Shown here piece after piece: positions 60,591 through 64,000 of a stretch of DNA of 64,000 bases (the stretch's first letter is position 1; the number at the start of each line of letters is the position of its first letter). This stretch comes from an uncultured delta proteobacterium. Its GTDB lineage: Bacteria > Desulfobacterota > Binatia > Binatales > Binataceae. Where the stretch lies: assembly GCA_963765675.1 (NCBI GenBank), contig CAVXXK010000003.1, positions 128,001 through 192,000 of the forward strand. Direction: 5' to 3'. The notes under the pieces are model-generated. The model worked only from the letters and a program-made list of their open reading frames with translations, had not been told where the DNA came from and made no database searches. A program made the translations under genes and the position numbers.

Positions 60591-61130
60591 ATGGCGGAGC
60601 GAATGGAGATGCCGGAAGAGACGCTCGAACAAAAGTCGATCGAACTGGATCGCGATACCTTTTTTCGTTCGCTGATTCGCGAACTTACTGGCAGCCTGGA
60701 AGAAATTATCGGCCTCAAGGAAGCGAGCGGTTTTGTAAGTATCATCAGCCAGCGGCTGGGCGACGAGATCAACCAGAAATACCGCTTGGCGCTGAATACC
60801 GACAAGCTCGACCGCGATCAGGTCGCTGGTGTCTTGGTTGATTTGAAGCGCCGGATCGGTGGCGATTTTTTCGTGATCGAGGAAAATGACGAACGAATCG
60901 TGCTCGGCAACCGCCGCTGCCCTTTCGGCGACAAAGTTCTCGGCCGGCCCTCGATGTGCATGATGACCTCGAATATGTTCGGTTCGATCGCGGCGGCCAA
61001 CCTGGGATATGCAAAAGTCGAGTTGCGCGAGACTATCGCGATGGGCCAGCCGGGCTGCGTCGTGGTCGTGCACCTCAAATCCACCCCGCAGAGCGCCAAG
61101 GCCGAGGGACGAGAGTACGTCAAGGCTTGA
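60591..61130 (+). CDS. MetOD1 / V4R-like ligand-binding domain protein
   Basis: [46 protein letters not shown]. Confidence 0.78.
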   Translation: MAERMEMPEETLEQKSIELDRDTFFRSLIRELTGSLEEIIGLKEASGFVSIISQRLGDEINQKYRLALNTDKLDRDQVAGVLVDLKRRIGGDFFVIEENDERIVLGNRRCPFGDKVLGRPSMCMMTSNMFGSIAAANLGYAKVELRETIAMGQPGCVVVVHLKSTPQSAKAEGREYVKA

Positions 61131-62302
61131 ACGCTAATCCGGCAGGTTGAGCTGACATTCCCCCCGCGGAAAAAAATCGGCTGCTCTACTTCGACGCGGT
61201 AAGAGCGGTCCCGGATCCGATCTTTCTTGTCGATTCTAATCGTTTCCTGATCGAGGCAAACGATGCGGCCCTGCGGATGCTTGGATTAACGACGGTAACC
61301 GGCGTGCCGCTGTCCTCGGTGGTGGAGAATCCGGACGCCGAGGTGCAATCGGCTTTCCATGGTTGGGCCGGGACCCGCTCTCCGGTTCCCGGACGGCTGG
61401 TTTGGAAGACCGTGAAGGGTCCGCAGTCGCCTCAACTCGAGGCTTGGTGCGCCGAGCCGGCCAGCGCCGGGAAGCCAGGATTGGTGATCGTCCACTGCAA
61501 GCCGTTCTTTAACATCGCGGACCGTTTTCTCCTGCTCAACGACCGTCTGGAGATGCTGCGAAAAGAGGTGCTCGCGCGCAAGCAGGTGGCACAGGAGTTG
61601 ATCGCCGCGGTCAGAGCACGCGACGAATTTATCGCGGTCGCTGCTCACGAATTGAGAAATCCGCTCAACGTCTTTCACTTGAGCATGCAGCTTCTGTATC
61701 GCCGCTTCGGCCAGGTTGAGGGCATCCGCGACATCCTGAATCGATCGCAATTTCAGTTAAATCGCCTGAACATGCTGGTCGAACGATTGCTCGACGTATC
61801 CCGAATCCGATCGGGGAAATATGAACTACATCCTGAGACATTCGACCTGAGTGATTTGATTCGGGAAGTGGTCTCCCGATTTGCCGAGCAATATCCCAAA
61901 GCGCCGATTGCACTACTGGCAGAGCGCTCGGTCTCCGGAATCTGGGATCGGGGCAGGCTCGATCAGGCCATTACAAATCTGCTTTCGAACGCGATAAAAT
62001 ATGGCCAGAATAAGCCTATCAACGTCGGTGTCGCGAGGGCCGGCGATGAGGCGGTTGTGAGCGTAACTGACCACGGAATTGGATTAGCGGCGGACGACGT
62101 TACCCGGATTTTTGAACAGTTCGAGCGGGCAGTGCCCAACGCTACCAACGAAGGTTTCGGATTGGGACTCTGGATTACAAGGCAAATCGCACAAGCCCAT
62201 CGCGGTTCAGTCACGGCCGAGGGAGAGCCCGGCCGGGGTTCCACGTTCACCCTGCGCCTGCCAATCGACGGGCAGCAAATCGTTGAGAGGAAAGGGCCAT
62301 GA
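61127..62302 (+). CDS. PAS-HisKA-HATPase histidine kinase (5' end has an in-frame TGA at 61148)
   Basis: [42 protein letters not shown]; PAS begins upstream of the ORF-track ATG 61277. Confidence 0.82.
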
Positions 62303-62656
62303 CTGAATGTTGTGCTGGTCGTGGAGGATGAGGATCAGGCCCGCGAATTTCTGACCGAAATACTGACCATCGAGGGTTTCACAGCGGTTGGATTTTCCAA
62401 CGGGGCCGAAGCCCTGACCTATCTGAAGACTGCGCCGACGAAGCCCAGCGTGATCGTGCTGGACATTTTGATGCCGGTCATGAATGGCAGGCAACTGCGC
62501 GCCGAGATGCTCAAAAAGAAGGAACTTGCGGAAATCCCGGTGATCGTCGTCACCGCGCTGGATCCGTCCGAGGCCCGAGATTTGAAGCCCGTACGCGTGA
62601 TACCGAAGCCGATCAACGTCGATCTGCTGATGAACGCAGTACGCGCCGCGTGCTGA
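62303..62656 (+). CDS. CheY-like receiver, in frame with the kinase
   Basis: VLVVEDE, VLDILMP.MNG, IPVIVVTA, PKP; start codon ambiguous. Confidence 0.85.
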   Translation: MNVVLVVEDEDQAREFLTEILTIEGFTAVGFSNGAEALTYLKTAPTKPSVIVLDILMPVMNGRQLRAEMLKKKELAEIPVIVVTALDPSEARDLKPVRVIPKPINVDLLMNAVRAAC

Positions 62657-62799
62657 TTGATTCGCCTGCGTTCCGCACAAAGTTCGCCTTCCGTTCGTAG
62701 AATATTTCATCATTGTTAACGATCATCCGCCGATGGTATGATGCCCGTGTGGTCTTGTGCAGAGGAGGCGGGTGGAATTTGCGTTTAGCATAGTTTTAG

Positions 62800-63426
62800 A
62801 TGGCTGAATCTCCCAAATCGTCGGCGGTTTTCAATCACGCGCGAGCAACGCGCTCGGACATTGCCAAGCTCCATGTCGCTGGCGAGGTCGGGCACTTCGT
62901 CCATTTTTACGACGATGACCGTTTCGCGATCGAGAATATCGGCCGGCTGGCCAGCAGGCGGATGGCTAACGGAGATTCGGGGATATTCGTCGCGACGCCG
63001 CCGCATCTCGAGACGATCGAGCAGACGCTGTCGGCAGCCAGTGTGGACCTGAGTACTCTGCGGGCACAGGGCAGGCACGTGACGCATGACGCCGACGCGA
63101 CCTTGTCGCGGTTTATGGAAGACGGATGGCCGAATCAGGAAAAGTTTTTCGACTGCGTTGGCGGAATCGTCAGCCGGGCGATAGAGCGGAGCTCGAATCA
63201 ATCGGTCTTGATATTCGGTGAGATGGTTGCGCAGCTTTGCGCGCAGAACAATTCGGCGGCGGCAATTCGCCTCGAGTATTTGTGGAACCTGCTCGCCGGG
63301 AAATACAAATTCGCTCTGTGGTGCGCCTATCCAATGAGGATCTTCGAGAATGCTGGGGGCGCGGAAGCAATGCATCTGATCTGCGCGGAGCACTCGCTGG
63401 TAGTCCCCGCCGAAAGCCCGCTCTGA
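62800..63426 (+). CDS. Stand-alone MEDS (DcmR-type sensory) domain protein
   Basis: H.VHFY.DD, VAT..H, FGEMV..L, AIRLE.LWN.L, CAYP. Confidence 0.82.
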   Translation: MAESPKSSAVFNHARATRSDIAKLHVAGEVGHFVHFYDDDRFAIENIGRLASRRMANGDSGIFVATPPHLETIEQTLSAASVDLSTLRAQGRHVTHDADATLSRFMEDGWPNQEKFFDCVGGIVSRAIERSSNQSVLIFGEMVAQLCAQNNSAAAIRLEYLWNLLAGKYKFALWCAYPMRIFENAGGAEAMHLICAEHSLVVPAESPL

Positions 63427-63551
63427 TTTTCCACCCGTCTGATTCCTTTACGCGGAGGATGTCGATTTTGTCGCAGGGCGTCCGCTGCTGTCATCCTGCC
63501 ATGAAAGTCGAGGAAGGCGATGAGTATCGCATTCTCAGCCGGACCTCCGGC

Positions 63552-63666
63552 TGTCATTTCGAGCGCTGCGCGAGAAATCCCGGGGCGTCCGTGCTCGACG
63601 CCAACACCACACGCAGAGGCCCTTCATCCGGGATTCCTCGCGCGGCAGCCACGCGCGGGAATGACA
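63552..63666 (-). repeat. Single GTCATT-family arm
   Basis: TGTCATTTCGAG...GCAGCCACGCGCGGGAATGACA; homologous to the arms of doublets A and B. Confidence 0.88.
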
Positions 63667-63686
63667 AGACCGCCGCACAAGGCTTC

Positions 63687-63712
63687 GTAGGGGCGGCTCG
63701 CGAGCCGCCCGT
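63687..63712 (+). repeat. GTAG-type REP hairpin
   Basis: GTAG-GGGCGGC-TCGCGA-GCCGCCC. Confidence 0.75.
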
Positions 63713-63888
63713 CTTCGCGCAGCCTCTCGTTACACGCTGCCTTTCGTCCCGCGTGGCGGGTCCTTCGGACCCGTGAAGATCTGAACGGACGTCCCGCCAA
63801 CGCGACTTCGTGTGCTGTCGCTTTTTTCTCTTCCGAGCGGTCGCGTCTTGCCCGCAGGCGCGCGATATGAAAATTTCATAGGCTCAGT

Positions 63889-63965
63889 GCGCCCGTAGCT
63901 CAGCGGATTAGAGCAATAGACTACGGATCTATGGGTCGGGGGTTCAAATCCCTCCGGGCGCGCCA
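63889..63965 (+). tRNA. tRNA-Arg (ACG)
   Basis: GCGCCCG/CGGGCGC acceptor stem, ATAGA-CTACGGA-TCTAT anticodon arm, GTTCAAATC T loop, encoded CCA. Confidence 0.97.
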
Positions 63966-64000
63966 CTCTCCAAATCCTCGAAAATGAACAGAACTTCAGC

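Noticed and set aside
61148-62302. Selenocysteine or a reassigned genetic code at the TGA codons
   Set aside because: TGA ends many ordinary genes here (ntrC, polA), the positions are not Cys-homologous, there is no convincing SECIS, and FdsA uses Cys
60000-63965. tRNA-integrated genomic island
   Set aside because: The cassette lies 5' of the tRNA; no integrase or duplicated tRNA fragment (att site) was seen

Overview
High-GC bacterial chromosome segment, mostly housekeeping and metabolic genes. The gene set (LLM monooxygenase, acyl-CoA dehydrogenase, PhyH, DUF6178-like, Gld-like ABC, Fds formate dehydrogenase) resembles soil Deltaproteobacteria-like lineages such as Ca. Binatota; this is inference only. 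Recognisable genes: moeA, ntrBC, thiE, thiD, arsR-arsM, a VapBC pair, fdsGBAD-fdhD, rlmE, uvrD/pcrA, acpS, polA, an ECF sigma/anti-sigma operon and tRNA-Arg(ACG). No CRISPR array, transposase or prophage gene was seen. Least explained features: (1) dense, nested palindromic repeats, including a REPIN-like doublet whose two arms co-evolve, a ~27-bp module inserted in three host repeat families, a ~300-400 bp element with a 38-bp invariant end, and an M23 peptidase gene bracketed by inverted repeats; (2) a more AT-rich REC / MetOD1-V4R / PAS-kinase / REC / MEDS cassette in which kinase and receiver share one frame broken by two TGA codons; (3) an aminotransferase + ceramidase-like + amidinotransferase operon; (4) a lipoprotein DUF151 nuclease-PDZ fusion. 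Single-base frameshifts (fdsB, M23) suggest possible assembly indels, which weakens the recoding hypotheses. All family calls come from motif recognition by eye, not from searches.
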